Positions 13,361 through 27,600 of a DNA stretch of 64,000 nt are shown piece after piece. The DNA comes from Eledone cirrhosa (Eukaryota): positions 397,234,001-397,298,000 of the forward strand of contig OZ024741.1 in assembly GCA_964016885.1 (NCBI GenBank), given 5' to 3'. Position 1 is the stretch's first letter. Each line of letters starts with the position of its first letter. The position numbers were made by a program, and so were the translations under genes. The notes under the pieces are model-generated. The model saw only the letters and a list, made by a program, of their open reading frames with translations, had not been told where the DNA came from and did no database searches.

Positions 13361-16300
13361 TTCACTCACTACCTCTGCCTCTCTTACTCTCCCTATCTCT
13401 CTCTTTCACTAACTACCGCTAACTCTCTCACTCTCCCCATCTCTCTCTTTCACTCACTACTTCCGTCTCTCTCACTCTCCCCATCTCTCACTCTCACTCA
13501 CTACCTCCGTTTCTCACACTCTCCCTATCTCTCTCTTTCACTCACTACCTCCGTCTCTCTCACTCACCCCATCTCTCTCTTTCACTCACTACCTCCGTCT
13601 CTCTCACTCTCCGCATCTCTCACTTTCACTCACTAACTCCGTTTCTCTCACTCTCCCCATCTCTCTCTTTCACTCACTACCTCCGTCTCTCTCACTCACC
13701 ACGTCTCTCTCTTTCACTCACTACCTCCGTCTCTCTCTCTCCATATCTCTCTCTTTCACTCACTACCTCCGTCTCTCTGACTCTCCCCATGTCTCGCTTT
13801 CACTCACTACCTCCGTCTCTCTCACTCTCCCCATCTCTCTCTTTCACTCACTACCTCCGTCTCCCTCACTATCCCTATCTGTCTCTTTCACTCACTACAT
13901 CCATCTCTCTCACACTCCCCATCTCTCTCTTTCACTCACTAAATCCGTCTCTCTCACTCTCCCCATCTCTCTCTTTAACTCACTACCTCCGTCTCTCTCA
14001 CTCTCACATTTCTCTCTTTCACTCACCACCTCCGTCTCTCTCACTCTCCTATTTCTCTCTTTCACTCACTACCTACATCTCTCTCACTCTCCCTACCTCT
14101 CTCTTTCACTCACTACCTCCATCTCTCTCACTCTCTGCATCTCTCTTTTCACTCACTACCTCCGTCTCACTCCCTCTCCCCATCTCTCTCTTTCACTCAC
14201 TACCTCCGTCTCTCTCACTCTCCCCATTTCTCACTTTCACTCACTACCTCCATCTCTCTCACTCTCCGCATTTCTCTCTATCATTCACTACATCCGTCTC
14301 TCTCACTCTCCCCATCTCTCGCTTTCACTCACTACCTCCGTCTCTCTCACTCTCCCCATCTCTCTCTTTCACTCACTACCTCCATCTCTCTCACTCTCTC
14401 CATCTCTCTTTTCACTCACTACCTCCATCTCTCTCCCTCACGCCGTCTCTCTCTTTCACTCACTACCTCCGTCTCTCTCACTCTCCCCACCTGTCTCTTT
14501 CACTCACTACCTCCGTCTCTCTCACTCTCCCCATCTCTCACTTTCACTCACTCCCTCCGTTTCTCTCACTCTCCCCATCTCTCTCTTTCACTCACTATCT
14601 CCGTTTCTCTCACTCTCCCCATCTCTCTCTTTCACTCACTACCTCTGTATCTCTCACTCTCCCATCTCTCTCTCTCACTCACTACCTCCGTTTCTCTCAC
14701 TCTCCCCATCTCTCTTTTCACCCACTACCTCCGTCTCTCTCACTCTCCCATCTCTCTCTTTCACTCACTACCTCCGTCGCTCTCACCCTCCCTATCTTTC
14801 TCTTTCACTCACTACCTGCGTCTCTCTCACTCTCCCATTTCTCTCTTTCACTCACTACCTCCGTCTCTCTCACTCTCCCATTTCTCTCTTTCACTCACTA
14901 CCTCCGTTTCTCTCACTCTCCCCATCTCTCTTTTCACTCACTACCTCCGTCTCTCTCACTCTACCCATCTCTCTCACTCTCCCCATCTCTCTTTTCACTC
15001 ACTACCTCCGTCTCTCTCACTCTCCCCATCTCTCTCTTTCACTCACTACTTCCTTTTCTCTCACTCTCCCCATTTCTCACTTTCACTCATTACCTCCGTT
15101 TCTCTCGCTCTCCCCATCTCTCTCTTTCACTCACTACCTATGTCTCTCTTTCTCTCCCCATCTCTCTCTTTCACTCACTACCTCTATCTCTCTCACTCTC
15201 CCCATCTCTCACTCTCACTCACTACCTCCGTTTCTCTCACTCTCCCTATCTCTCTCTTTCACTCACTACCTCCGTCTCTCTCACTCACCCCATCTCTCTC
15301 TTTCACTCACTACCTCCGTCTCTCTCACTCTCCCCATCTCTCACTTTCACTCACTAACTCCGTTTCTCTCACTCTCCCCATCTCTCTCTTTCACTCACTA
15401 CCTCCGTCTCTCTCACTCACCACGTCTCTCTCTTTCACTCACTACCTCCGTCTCTCTCTCTCCCTATCTCTCGCTTTCACTCACTACCTCCGTCTCTCTC
15501 ACTCTCCCCATCTCTCTCTTTCACTCACTACCTCCGTCTCCCTCACTCTCACTATCTTTCTCTTTCACTCACTACATCCATCTCTCTCACACTCCCCATT
15601 TCTCTCTATCACTCACTACCTACGTCTCTCTCACTCTCCCCATCTCTCTCTTTCACTCACTAAATCCGTCTCTCTCACTCTCCCCATCTCTCTCTTTAAC
15701 TCACTACCTCCGTTTCTCTCACTCTCCCCATCTCACTCTTTCACTCACTACCTCCGTCTCACTCACTCTTCCCATCTCTCTCTTTCACTCACTACCTCCG
15801 TCTCTCTCACTCTCCCAAGTCTCTCTTTCACTCACCACCTCCGTCTCTCTCACTCTCCTATTTCTCTCTTTCACTCACTACCTACATCTCCCTCACTCTC
15901 CCTACCTCTCTCTTTCACTCACTACCTCCATCTCTCTCACTCTCTCCATCTCTCTTTTCACTCACTACCTCCGTCTCACTCCCTCTCCCCATCTCTCTCT
16001 TTCACTCACTACCTCCGTCTCTCTCACTCTCCCCATCTCTCTCTTTCACTCACTTCCTCCGTTTCTCTCACTCTCCCCATTTCTCACTTTCACTCACTAC
16101 CTCCGTTTCTCTCGCTCTCCCCATCTCTCTCTTTCACTCACTACCTCCGTGTCTCTCACTCACCCCATCTCTCTCTTTCACTCACTAACGCCGTCTCTCT
16201 CACTCACCCCGTCTCTCTCTTTCACTCACTACCTCCGTCTCTCTCACTCTGCCCATCTCTCGCTTTCACTCACTACCTCCGTCTCTCTCACTCTCCCCAT

Positions 16301-18289
16301 TTCTCTCTTTCACTCACTACCTAAGTCTCTCTCACTCTCCCTATCTTTCACTTTCACTCACTACCTCCATCTCTCTCACTCTCCGCATTTCTCTCTATCA
16401 TTCACTACATCCGTCTCTCTCACTCTCCCCATCTCTCTCTTTCACTCACTACCTCCGTCTCTCTCACTCTCCCCATCTCTCTCTTTCACTCACTTCCTCC
16501 GTTTCTCTCACTCTCCCCATTTCTCACTTTCACGCACTACCTCCGTTTCTCTCGCTCTCCCCATCTCTCTCTTTCACTCACTACCTCCGTATCTCTCACT
16601 CACCCCATCTCTCTCTTTCACTCACTACCGCCGTCTCTCTCACTCACCCCGTCTCTCTCTTTCACTCACTACCTCAGTCTCTCTCACTCTGCCCATCTCT
16701 CGCTTTCACTCACTACCTCCGTCTCCCTCACTCTCCCCATTTCTCTCTTTCACTCACTACCTACGTCTCTCTCACTCTCCCTATCTTTCACTTTCACTCA
16801 CTATCTCCATCTCTCTCACTCTCCGCATTTCTCTCTATCATTCACTACATCCGTCTCTCTCACTCTCCCCATCTCTCTCTTTCACTCACTACCTATGTCT
16901 CTCTTTCTCTCCCCATCTCTTCTTTCACTCACTACCTCTGCCTCTCTTACTCTCCCTATCTCTCTCTTTCACTCACTACCTCCATCTCTCTCACTCTCCC
17001 CATCTCTCTCTTTCACTCACTACCTCCGCCTCTCTCACTCACCACGTCTCTCTCTTTCACTCAGTACCTCCGTCTCTCTCTCTCCCTATCTCTCGCTTTC
17101 ACTCACTACCTACGTCTCTCTCACTCTCCCCATCTCTCTCTTTCACTCACTACCTCCGTCTCTCTCACTCTCCCCATCTCTCTCTTTCACTCACTACCTC
17201 TGCCTCTCTTACTCTCCCTATCTCTCTCTTTCACTCACTACCTCCGTCTCTCTCTCTCTCCCCGTCTCTCTCATTCACTCACTACCTCCGTCTATCTCCC
17301 TCTACCCATCTCTCTCTTTCAGTCACTACCTCCGTCTGTCTCACTCACCCCTTCTCTCTCTTTCACTCACTTCCTCCGTCTCTCTCACTCTCCCTATCTC
17401 TCTCTTTCACTCACTACCTCCGTCTCTCTCACTCTCCCTACATCTCTCTTTCACTCACTACCTCCGTCACTCTCACTCTCCCCATCTCTCTTTTCACTCA
17501 CTACCTCCGTCTCTCTCACTCTCCCTATCTCTCTCTTTCACTCACTACCTCCGTCTCTCTCACTCTCCCCATCTCTCTCTTTCACTCACTACCTCCGTCT
17601 CTCTCACTCGCCCCATCTCTCTCTTTCACTCACTACCTCCGTCTTTCTCACTCTCCCCATCTCTCTCTTTCTCTCACTATCTCCGTCTCTCTCACTCTCC
17701 CCATCTCACTCTTTCACTCACTACCTCCGTCTCTCTCACTCTCCCCATCTCTCTCTTTCACTCACTACCTCCGTCTCTCTCACTCTCCCCATCTCTCTCT
17801 TTCACACACTACCTCCGTCTGTCTCACTCTCCCCATCTCTCTCTTTCACTCACTACCTCCGTTTCTCTCACTCTCCCCATATCTCTTTTCCCTCACTACC
17901 TCCGTCTGTCTCACTCACCCCTTCTCTCTCTTTCACTCACTAACTCTGTCTCTCTCACTCTCCCCATCTCTCTCATTCACTCACTACCTCCGTTTCTCTC
18001 ACTCTCCCCATCTCTCTCTTTCACTCGCTACCTCCATCTCTCTCATTCTCCCATCTCTCTCTTTCACTCACTACCTCCGTCGCTCTCACCCTCCCTATCT
18101 TTCCCTTTCATTCACTACCTGCGTCTCTCTCACTCTCCCATTTCTCACTTTCACTCACTACCTCCGTCACTCTCACTCTCCCCATCTCTCACTTTCACTC
18201 ACTACCTCCGTCTCTCTCACTCTCCCCATCTCGCTCTTTCACTCACTACCTCCGTCTCTCTCACTCTCCCCATCTCTCTCTTTCACTCA

Positions 18290-18905
18290 CTACCTCCGTC
18301 TATCTCACTCTCCCCATCTCTCTCTTTCACTCACTACCTCTGCCTCTCTTACTCTCCCTATCTCTCTCTTTCACTCACTACCTCCGTCTCTCTCACTCTG
18401 CCCATCTCTCGCTTTCACTCACTACCTCCGTCTCACTCACTCTCCCCATCTCTCTCTTTCACTCACTACCTACGTCTCTCTCACTCTCCCTATCTTTCAC
18501 TTTCACTCACTACCTCCATCTCTCTCACTCTCCGCATTTCTCTCTATCATTCACTACATCCGTCTCTCTCACTCTCCCCATCTCTCTCTTTCACTCACTA
18601 CCTCCGTCTATCTCACTCTCCCCATCTCTCTCTTTCACTCACTACCTCTGCCTCTCTTACTCTCCCTATCTCTCTCTTTCACTCACTACCTCCGTTTCTC
18701 TCACTCTGCCCATCTCTCGCTTTCACTCACTACCTCCGTCTCACTCACTCTCCCCATCTCTCTCTTTCACTCACTACCTACGTCTCTCTCACTCTCCCTA
18801 TCTTTCACTTTCACTCACTACCTCCATCTCTCTCACTCTCCGCATTTCTCTCTATCATTCACTACATCCGTCTCTCTCACTCTCCCCATCTCTCGCTTTC
18901 ACTCA
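18290..18905 (+). repeat. 308-bp (7-monomer) tandem duplication
   Basis: The variant series gtctatc, ctctgcc-ttac, ctgccc, ctacgt, ccgcattt, tcattcactacat occurs twice with offset 308 (18302/18610). The paralogous region at ~33260-33570 has it once. Confidence 0.85.
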
Positions 18906-21900
18906 CTACCTCCGTCTCTCTCACTCTCCCCATCTCTCTCTTTCACTCACTACCTATGTCTCTCTTTCTCTCCCCATCTCTCTCTTTCACTCACTACCTC
19001 TGCCTCTCTTACTCTCCCTATCTCTCTCTTTCACTCTCTACCTCCATCACTCTCACTCTCCCCATCTCTCTCTTTCACTCACTACTTCCGCCTCTCTCAC
19101 TCACCACGTCTCTCTCTTTTACTCAGTACCTCCGTCTCTCTCTCTCCCTATCTCTCGCTTTCACTCACTACCTCCGTCTCTCTCACTCTCCCCATCTCTC
19201 ACTTTCACTCACTCCCTCCGTTTCTCTCACTCTCCCCATCTCTCTCTTTCACTCACTACCTCCGTATCTCTCACTCTCCCATCTCTCTCTCTCACTCACT
19301 ACCTCCGTTTCTCTCACTCTCCCCATCTCTCTTTTCACCCACTACCTCCGTCTCTCTCTCACTCTCCCCATCTCTCTCTTTCACTCACTACCTCCGTATC
19401 TCTCACTCTCCCATCTCTCTCTTTCACTCACTACCTCCGTCGCTCTCACCCTCCCTATCTTTCTCTTTCACTCACTACCTGCGTCTCTCTCACTCTCCCA
19501 TTTCTCTCTTTCACTCACTACCTCCGTCTCTCTCACTCTCCCATTTCTCTCTTTCACTCACTACCTCCGTTTCTCTCACTCTCCCCATCTCTCTTTTCTC
19601 TCACTACCTCCGTCTCTCTCACTCTCCCCATCTCTCTCACTCTCCCCATCTCTCTTTTCACTCACTACCTCCGTCTCTCTCACTCTCCCCATCTCTCTCT
19701 TTCACTAACTACTTCCTTTTCTCTCACTCTCCCCATTTCTCTCTTTCACTCATTACCTCCGTTTCTCTCGCTCTCCCCATCTCTCTCTTTCACTCACTAC
19801 CTATGTCTCTCTTTCTCTCCCCATCTCTCTCTTTCACTCACTACCTCTGCCTCTCTTACTCTCCCTATCTCTCTCTTTCACTCACTACCTCTATCTCTCT
19901 CACTGTCCCCATCTCTCTCTTTCACTCACTACTTCCGTCTCTCTCACTCTCCCCATCTCTCACTCTCACTCACTACCTCCGTTTCTCTCACTCTCCCTAT
20001 CTCTCTCTTTCACTCACTACCTCCGTCTCTCTCACTCACCCCATCTCTCTCTTTCACTCACTACCTCCGTCTCTCTCACTCTCCCCATCTCTCACTTTCA
20101 CTCACTAACTCCGTTTCTCTCACTCTCCCCATCTCTCTCTTTCACTCACTACCTCCGTCTCTCTCACTCACCACGTCTCTCTCTTTCACTCACTACCTCC
20201 GTCTCTCTCTCTCCCTATCTCTCTCTTTCACTCACTACGTCCGTCTCTCTCACTCTCCCCATCTCTCGCTTTCACTCACTACCTCCGTCTCTCTCACTCT
20301 CCCCATCTCTCTCTTTCACTCACTACCTCCGTCTCCCTCACTCTCCCTATCTTTCTCTTTCACTCACTACATCCATCTCTCTCACACTCCCCATTTCTCT
20401 CTATCACTCACTACATCCGTCTCTCTCACTCTCCCCATCTCTCTCTTTCACTCACTAAATCCGTCTCTCTCACTCTCCCCATCTCTCTCTTTAACTCACT
20501 ACCTCCGTTTCTCTCACTCTCCCCATCTCACTCTTTCACTCACTACCTCCGTCTCTTTCACTCTCCCATTTCTCTCTTTCACTCACCACCTCCGTCTCTC
20601 TCACTCTCCTATTTCTCTCTTTCACTCACTACCTACATCTCTCTCACTCTCCCTACCTCTCTCTTTCACTCACTACCTCCATCTCTCTCACTCTCTCCAT
20701 CTCTCTTTTCACTCACTACCTCCGTCTCACTCCCTCTCCCCATCTCTCTCTTTCACTCACTACCTCCGTCTCTCTCACTCTCCCCATCTCTCTCTTTCAC
20801 TCACTTCCTCCGTTTCTCTCACTCTCCCCATTTCTCACTTTCACGCACTACCTCCGTTTCTCTCGCTCTCCCCATCTCTCTCTTTCACTCACTACCTCCG
20901 TATCTCTCACTCACCCCATCTCTCTCTTTCACTCACTACCGCCGTCTCTCTCACTCACCCCGTCTCTCTCTTTCACTCACTACCTCAGTCTCTCTCACTC
21001 TGCCCATCTCTCGCTTTCACTCACTACCTCCGTCTCCCTCACTCTCCCCATTTCTCTCTTTCACTCACTACCTACGTCTCTCTCACTCTCCCTATCTTTC
21101 ACTTTCACTCACTACCTCCATCTCTCTCACTCTCCGCATTTCTCTCTATCATTCACTACATCCGTCTCTCTCACTCTCCCCATCTCTCTCTTTCACTCAC
21201 TACCTATGTCTCTCTTTCTCTCCCCATCTCTCTCTTTCACTCACTACCTCTGCCTCTCTTACTCTCCCTATCTCTCTCTTTCACTCACTACCTCCATCTC
21301 TCTCACTCTCCCCATCTCCCTCTTTCACTCACTACCCCCGCCTCTCTCACTCACCACGTCTCTCTCTTTCACTCAGTACCTCCGTCTCTCTCTCTCCCTA
21401 TCTCTCGCTTTCACTCACTACCTACGTCTCTCTCACTCTCCCCATCTCTCTCTTTCACTCACTACCTCCGTCTCTCTCACTCTCCCCATCTCTCTCTTTC
21501 ACTCACTACCTCTGCCTCTCTTACTCTCCCTATCTCTCTCTTTCACTCACTACCTCCGTCTCTCTCTCTCTCCCCGTCTCTCTCATTCACTCACTACCTC
21601 CGTCTATCTCCCTCTACCCATCTCTCTCTTTCAGTCACTACCTCCGTCTGTCTCACTCACCCCTTCTCTCTCTTTCACTCACTTCCTCCGTCTCTCTCAC
21701 TCTCCCTATCTCTCTCTTTCACTCACTACCTCCGTCTCTCTCACTCTCCCTACATCTCTCTTTCACTCACTACCTCCGTCACTCTCACTCTCCCCATCTC
21801 TCTTTTCACTCACTACCTCCGTCTCTCTCACTCTCCCTATCTCTCTCTTTCACTCACTACCTCCGTCTCTCTCACTCTCCCCATCTCTCTCTTTCACTCA

Positions 21901-22079
21901 CTACCTCCGTCTCTCTCACTCGCCCCATCTCTCTCTTTCACTCACTACCTCGGTCTTTCTCACTCTCCCCATCTCTCTCTTTCTCTCACTATCTCCGTCT
22001 CTCTCACTCTCCCCATCTCACTCTTTCACTCACTACCTCCGTCTCTCTCACTCTCCCCATCTCTCTCTTTCACTCACTA

Positions 22080-24620
22080 CCTCCGTCTCTCTCACTCTCC
22101 CCATCTCTCTCTTTCACACACTACCTCCGTCTGTCTCACTCTCCCCATCTCTCTCTTTCACTCACTACCTCCGTTTCTCTCACTCTCCCCATATCTCTTT
22201 TCCCTCACTACCTCCGTCTGTCTCACTCACCCCTTCTCTCTCTTTGACTCACTTCCTCCGTCTCTCTCACTCTCCCCATTTCTCTCTTTCACTCACTACC
22301 TCCGTCTCTCTCACTCTCCCCATCTCTCTATTTCACTCACTACCTCCGTCTCTCTCACGCTCCCCATTTCTCTCTATCACTCACTACATCCGTCTCTCTC
22401 ACTCTCCCCATCTCTCTCTTTCACTCACTAACTCTGTCTCTCTCACTCTCCGCATCTCTCTCATTCACTCACTACCTCCGTTTCTCTCACAATCCCCATC
22501 TCTCTCTTTCACTCGCTACCTCCATCTCTCTCATTCTCCCATCTCTCTCTTTCACTCACTACCTCCGTCACTCTCACCCTCCCTATCTTTCCCTTTCACT
22601 CACTACCTGCGTCTCTCTCACTCTCCCATTTCTCACTTTCATTCACTACCTCCGTCTCTCTCACTCTCCCCATCTCTCTCTTTCACTCACTACCACCGTC
22701 ATTCTTACTCTCCCCATCTCTCTCTTTCTCTCACTACTTCGTCCTCTCTTACTCTCCCTATCTCTCTCTGTCACTCACTACCTCCATCTCTCTCACTCTC
22801 CCCATCTCTCCTTTAACTCACTACCTCCGTCTCTCTCACTCTCTCCATCTCTCTCTTTCACTCACTACCTCCGTCTCTCTCACTCTCCCCATCTCTCTCT
22901 TTCACTCACTACCTCCGTCTCTCTCACTCTCCCCATCTCACTTTTCACTCACTACCTCCGTCTCTCTCACTCTTCCCATCTCTCTCTTTCACTCACTACC
23001 TCCGTATCTCTCACTCTCCCCATCTCTCACTTTCACTCACTACCTCCGTCTCTCTCACTCTCCCCATCTCGCTCTTTCACTCACTACCTCCGTTTCTCTC
23101 ACTCTCCCCATCTCTCTCCTACACTCTCTACCTCCGTCTATCTCACTCTCCCCATCTCTCTCTTTCACTCACTACCTCCGTCTCTCTTAATCTCCCCCCT
23201 CTCTCTTTCACTCACTACCTCTGCCTCTCTTACTCTCCCTATCTCTCTCTTTCACTCACTACCTCCGTCTCTCTCACTCTCTCCATCTCACTCTTTCACT
23301 CACTACCTCCGTCTTTCTCACTCTCCCATTTCTCTCTTTCACTCACTACCTCCGTCTCTCTCACTCTCCCCATCTCTCTCTTTCACACACTACCTCCGTC
23401 TGTCTCACTCTCCCCATCTCTCTCTTTCACTCACTACCTCCGTTTCTCTCACTCTCCCCATATCTCTTTTCCCTCACTACCTCCGTCTGTCTCACTCACC
23501 CCTTCTCTCTCTTTGACTCACTTCCTCCGTCTCTCTCACTCTCCCCATTTCTCTCTTTCACTCACTACCTCCGTCTCTCTCACTCTCCCCATCTCTCTAT
23601 TTCACTCACTACCTCCGTCTCTCTCACGCTCCCCATTTCTCTCTATCACTCACTACATCCGTCTCTCTCACTCTCCCCATCTCTCTCTTTCACTCACTAA
23701 CTCTGTCTCTCTCACTCTCCGCATCTCTCTCATTCACTCACTACCTCCGTTTCTCTCACAATCCCCATCTCTCTCTTTCACTCGCTACCTCCATCTCTCT
23801 CATTCTCCCATCTCTCTCTTTCACTCACTACCTCCGTCACTCTCACCCTCCCTATCTTTCCCTTTCACTCACTACCTGCGTCTCTCTCACTCTCCCATTT
23901 CTCACTTTCATTCACTACCTCCGTCTCTCTCACTCTCCCCATCTCTCTCTTTCACTCACTACCACCGTCATTCTTACTCTCCCCATCTCTCTCTTTCTCT
24001 CACTACTTCGTCCTCTCTTACTCTCCCTATCTCTCTCTGTCACTCACTACCTCCATCTCTCTCACTCTCCCCATCTCTCCTTTAACTCACTACCTCCGTC
24101 TCTCTCACTCTCTCCATCTCTCTCTTTCACTCACTACCTCCGTCTCTCTCACTCTCCCCATCTCTCTCTTTCACTCACTACCTCCGTCTCTCTCACTCTC
24201 CCCATCTCACTTTTCACTCACTACCTCCGTCTCTCTCACTCTTCCCATCTCTCTCTTTCACTCACTACCTCCGTATCTCTCACTCTCCCCATCTCTCACT
24301 TTCACTCACTACCTCCGTCTCTCTCACTCTCCCCATCTCGCTCTTTCACTCACTACCTCCGTTTCTCTCACTCTCCCCATCTCTCTCCTACACTCTCTAC
24401 CTCCGTCTATCTCACTCTCCCCATCTCTCTCTTTCACTCACTACCTCCGTCTCTCTTAATCTCCCCCCTCTCTCTTTCACTCACTACCTCTGCCTCTCTT
24501 ACTCTCCCTATCTCTCTCTTTCACTCACTACCTCCGTCTCTCTCACTCTCTCCATCTCACTCTTTCACTCACTACCTCCGTCTTTCTCACTCTCCCATTT
24601 CTCTCTTTCACTCACTACCT
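22080..24620 (+). repeat. Near-perfect 1269-bp tandem duplication inside the array
   Basis: tttcacacac 22118/23387, ttgactc 22244/23513, tacttcgtcc 22741/24010 and ORF stops 22816/24085 all have offset 1269. Confidence 0.92.
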
Positions 24621-27600
24621 CCGTCTCTCTCACTCTCCCCATCTCTCTTTTTCACTTACTACCTCCGTCTCTCTCACTCTCCCCATCTCTCTCTTTCACT
24701 CACTACCTCCGTCTTTCTCACTCTCCCCATCTCTCTCTTTCTCTCACTACCTCCGTCTCTCTCACTCTCCCCATCTCTCTCTTTCACTCACTACCTCCGT
24801 CTCTCTCACTCTCCCCATCTCTCTCTTTCACTCACTACCTCCGATCTCTCACTCTCCCCGTCTCTCTCTTTCACTCACTACCTCCGTCTCTCTCACTCTC
24901 CCCGTCTCTCTCTTTCACTCACTACCTCCGTCTCTCTCTCTCTCCCCGTCTCTCTCTTTCACTCACTACCTCCGTCTATCTCCCTCTACCCATCTCTCTC
25001 TTTCACTCACTACCTCCGTCTGTCTCACTCACTCCTTCTCTCTCTTTCACTCACTTCCTCCGTCTCTCTCACTCTCCCTATCTCTCTCTTTCACTCACTA
25101 CCTCCGTCTCTCTCACTCTCCCTACCTCTCTCTTTCACTCACTACCTCCGTCGCTCTCACTCTCCCCATCTCTCTTTTCACTCACTACATCCGTCTCTCT
25201 CACTCTCCCCATCTCTCTCTTTCACTCACTACCACCGTCTCTCTCACTCTCCCCATCTCTCTCTTTCACTCACTACCTCCGTCTCTCTTACTCTCCCCAT
25301 CTCTCTCTTTCACTCACTACCTCCATCTCTCTCACTCTCCCATCTCTCACTTTCACTCACTAACTCCATCTCTCTCACTCTCCCAATCTCTCTCACTCTC
25401 CCATCTCTCTCTTTCGCTCACTACCTCCGTCTCTCTCAGTCTCCCTATCTTTCTCTCTCACTCACTACCTCCGTCTCTGTCACTCTCCCTATCTCTCTTT
25501 CAGTCACTACCTCCGTCTTTCTCACTCTCCCTACCTCTCTCTTTCACTCTCTACCTCCGTCTCTCTCACTCTCCCCATCTCTCTTTTCACTCACTACCTC
25601 CGTCTCTCTCACTCTCCCCATCTCTCTCTTTCACTCACTACCCCCGTCTCTCTCACTCTCCCCATCTCTCTCTTTCAATCACTACCTCCGTCTCTCTCAC
25701 TCTCCCCATCTCTCTCTTTCACTCACTACCTCCCTCTCACTCGCTCTCCCCATCTCTCTCTTTCACTCACTACCTCCGTTTCTTTCACTCTCCCCATATC
25801 TCTTTTCCCTCACTACCTCCGTCTGTCTCACTCACCCCTTCTCTCTCTTTGACTCACTTCCTCCGTCTCTCTCACTCTCCCCATTTCTCTCTTTCACTCA
25901 CTACCTCCGTCTCTCTCACTCTCACCATCACTCTCTTTCACTCACTACCTCCGTCTCTCTCACGCTCCCCATTTCTCTCTATCACTCACTACATCCGTCT
26001 CTCTCACTCTCCCCATCTCTCTCTTTCACTCACTACCTCCGTCTTTCTCACTCTCCCCATCTCTCTCTTTCTCTCACTACCTCCGTCTCTCTCACTCTCC
26101 CCATCTCTCTCTTTCACTCACTACCTCCGTCTCTCTCACTCTCCCCATCTCTCTCTTTCACTCACAACCTCCGATCTCTCACTCTCCCCGTCTCTCTCTT
26201 TCACTCACTACCTCCGTCTCTCTCACTCTCCCCGTCTCTCTCTTTCACTCACTACCTCCGTCTCTCTCTCTCTCCCCGTCTCTCTCTTTCACTCACTACC
26301 TCCGTCTATCTCCCTCTACCCATCTCTCTCTTTCACTCACTACCTCCGTCTGTCTCACTCACTCCTTCTCTCTCTTTCACTCACTTCCTCCGTCTCTCTC
26401 ACTCTCCCTATCTCTCTCTTTCACTCACTACCTCCGTCTCTCTCACTCTCCCTACCTCTCTCTTTCACTCACTACCTCCGACCCTCTCACTCTCCCCTTC
26501 TCTCTTTTCACTCACTACCTCCGTCTCTCTCACTCTCCCCATCTCTCTCTTTCACTCACTACCACCGTCTCTCTCACTCTCCCCATCTCTCTCTTTCACT
26601 CACTACGTCCGTCTCTCTCACTCTCCCCATCTCTCTCTTTCACTCACTACCTCCGTCTCTCTTACTCTCCCCATCTCTCTCTTTCACTCACTACCTCTGC
26701 CTCTCTTACTCTCCCTATCTCTCTCTTTCACTCACTACCTCCGTCTCTCTCACTCTCCCCATCTCTCTCTTTCACTCACTACCTCCGTCTCTTTCACTCT
26801 CCCCATCTCTCTTTTTCACTTACTACCTCCGTCTCTCTCACTCTCCCCATCTCTCTCTTTCACTCACTACCTCCGTCTTTCTCACTCTCCCCATCTCTCT
26901 CTTTCTCTCACTATCTCCGTCTCTCTCACTCTCCCCCTCTCTCTCTTTCACTCACTACCTCCGTCTCTCTCACTCTCCCCATCTCGCTCTTTCACTCACT
27001 ACCTCCGTCTCTCTCACTTTCCCCATCTCTCTCTTTCACTCACTACCTCCGTCTCTCTCACTCTCCCCATCTCTCTCCTTCACTCACTACCTCCGTCTCT
27101 CTCACTCTCCCTATCTCTCTCTTTCACTCACTACCTCCGTCTGTCTCACTCACCACTTCTCTCTCTTTGACTCACTTCCTCCGTCTCTCTCACTCTCCCC
27201 ATTTCTCTCTTTCACTCACTACCTCCGTCTCTTTCACTCTCCCCATCTCTCTTTTTCACTTACTACCTCCGTCTCTCTCACTCTCCCCATCTCTCTCTTT
27301 CACTCACTACCTCAGTCTTGCTCACTCTCCCCATCTCTCTCTTTCTCTCACTATCTCCGTCTCTCTCACTCTCCCCATCTCTCTCTTTCACTCACTACCT
27401 CCGTCTCTCTCACTCTCCCCATCTCTCTTTTCACTCACTACCTCCGTCTCTCTCACTCTCCCCATCTCTCTCTTTCACTCACTACCACCGTCTCTCTCAC
27501 TCTCCCCATCACTCTCTTTCACTCACTACGTCCGTCTCTCTCACTCTCCCCATCTCTCTCTTTCACTCACTACCTCCGTCTCTCTTACTCTCCCCATCTC

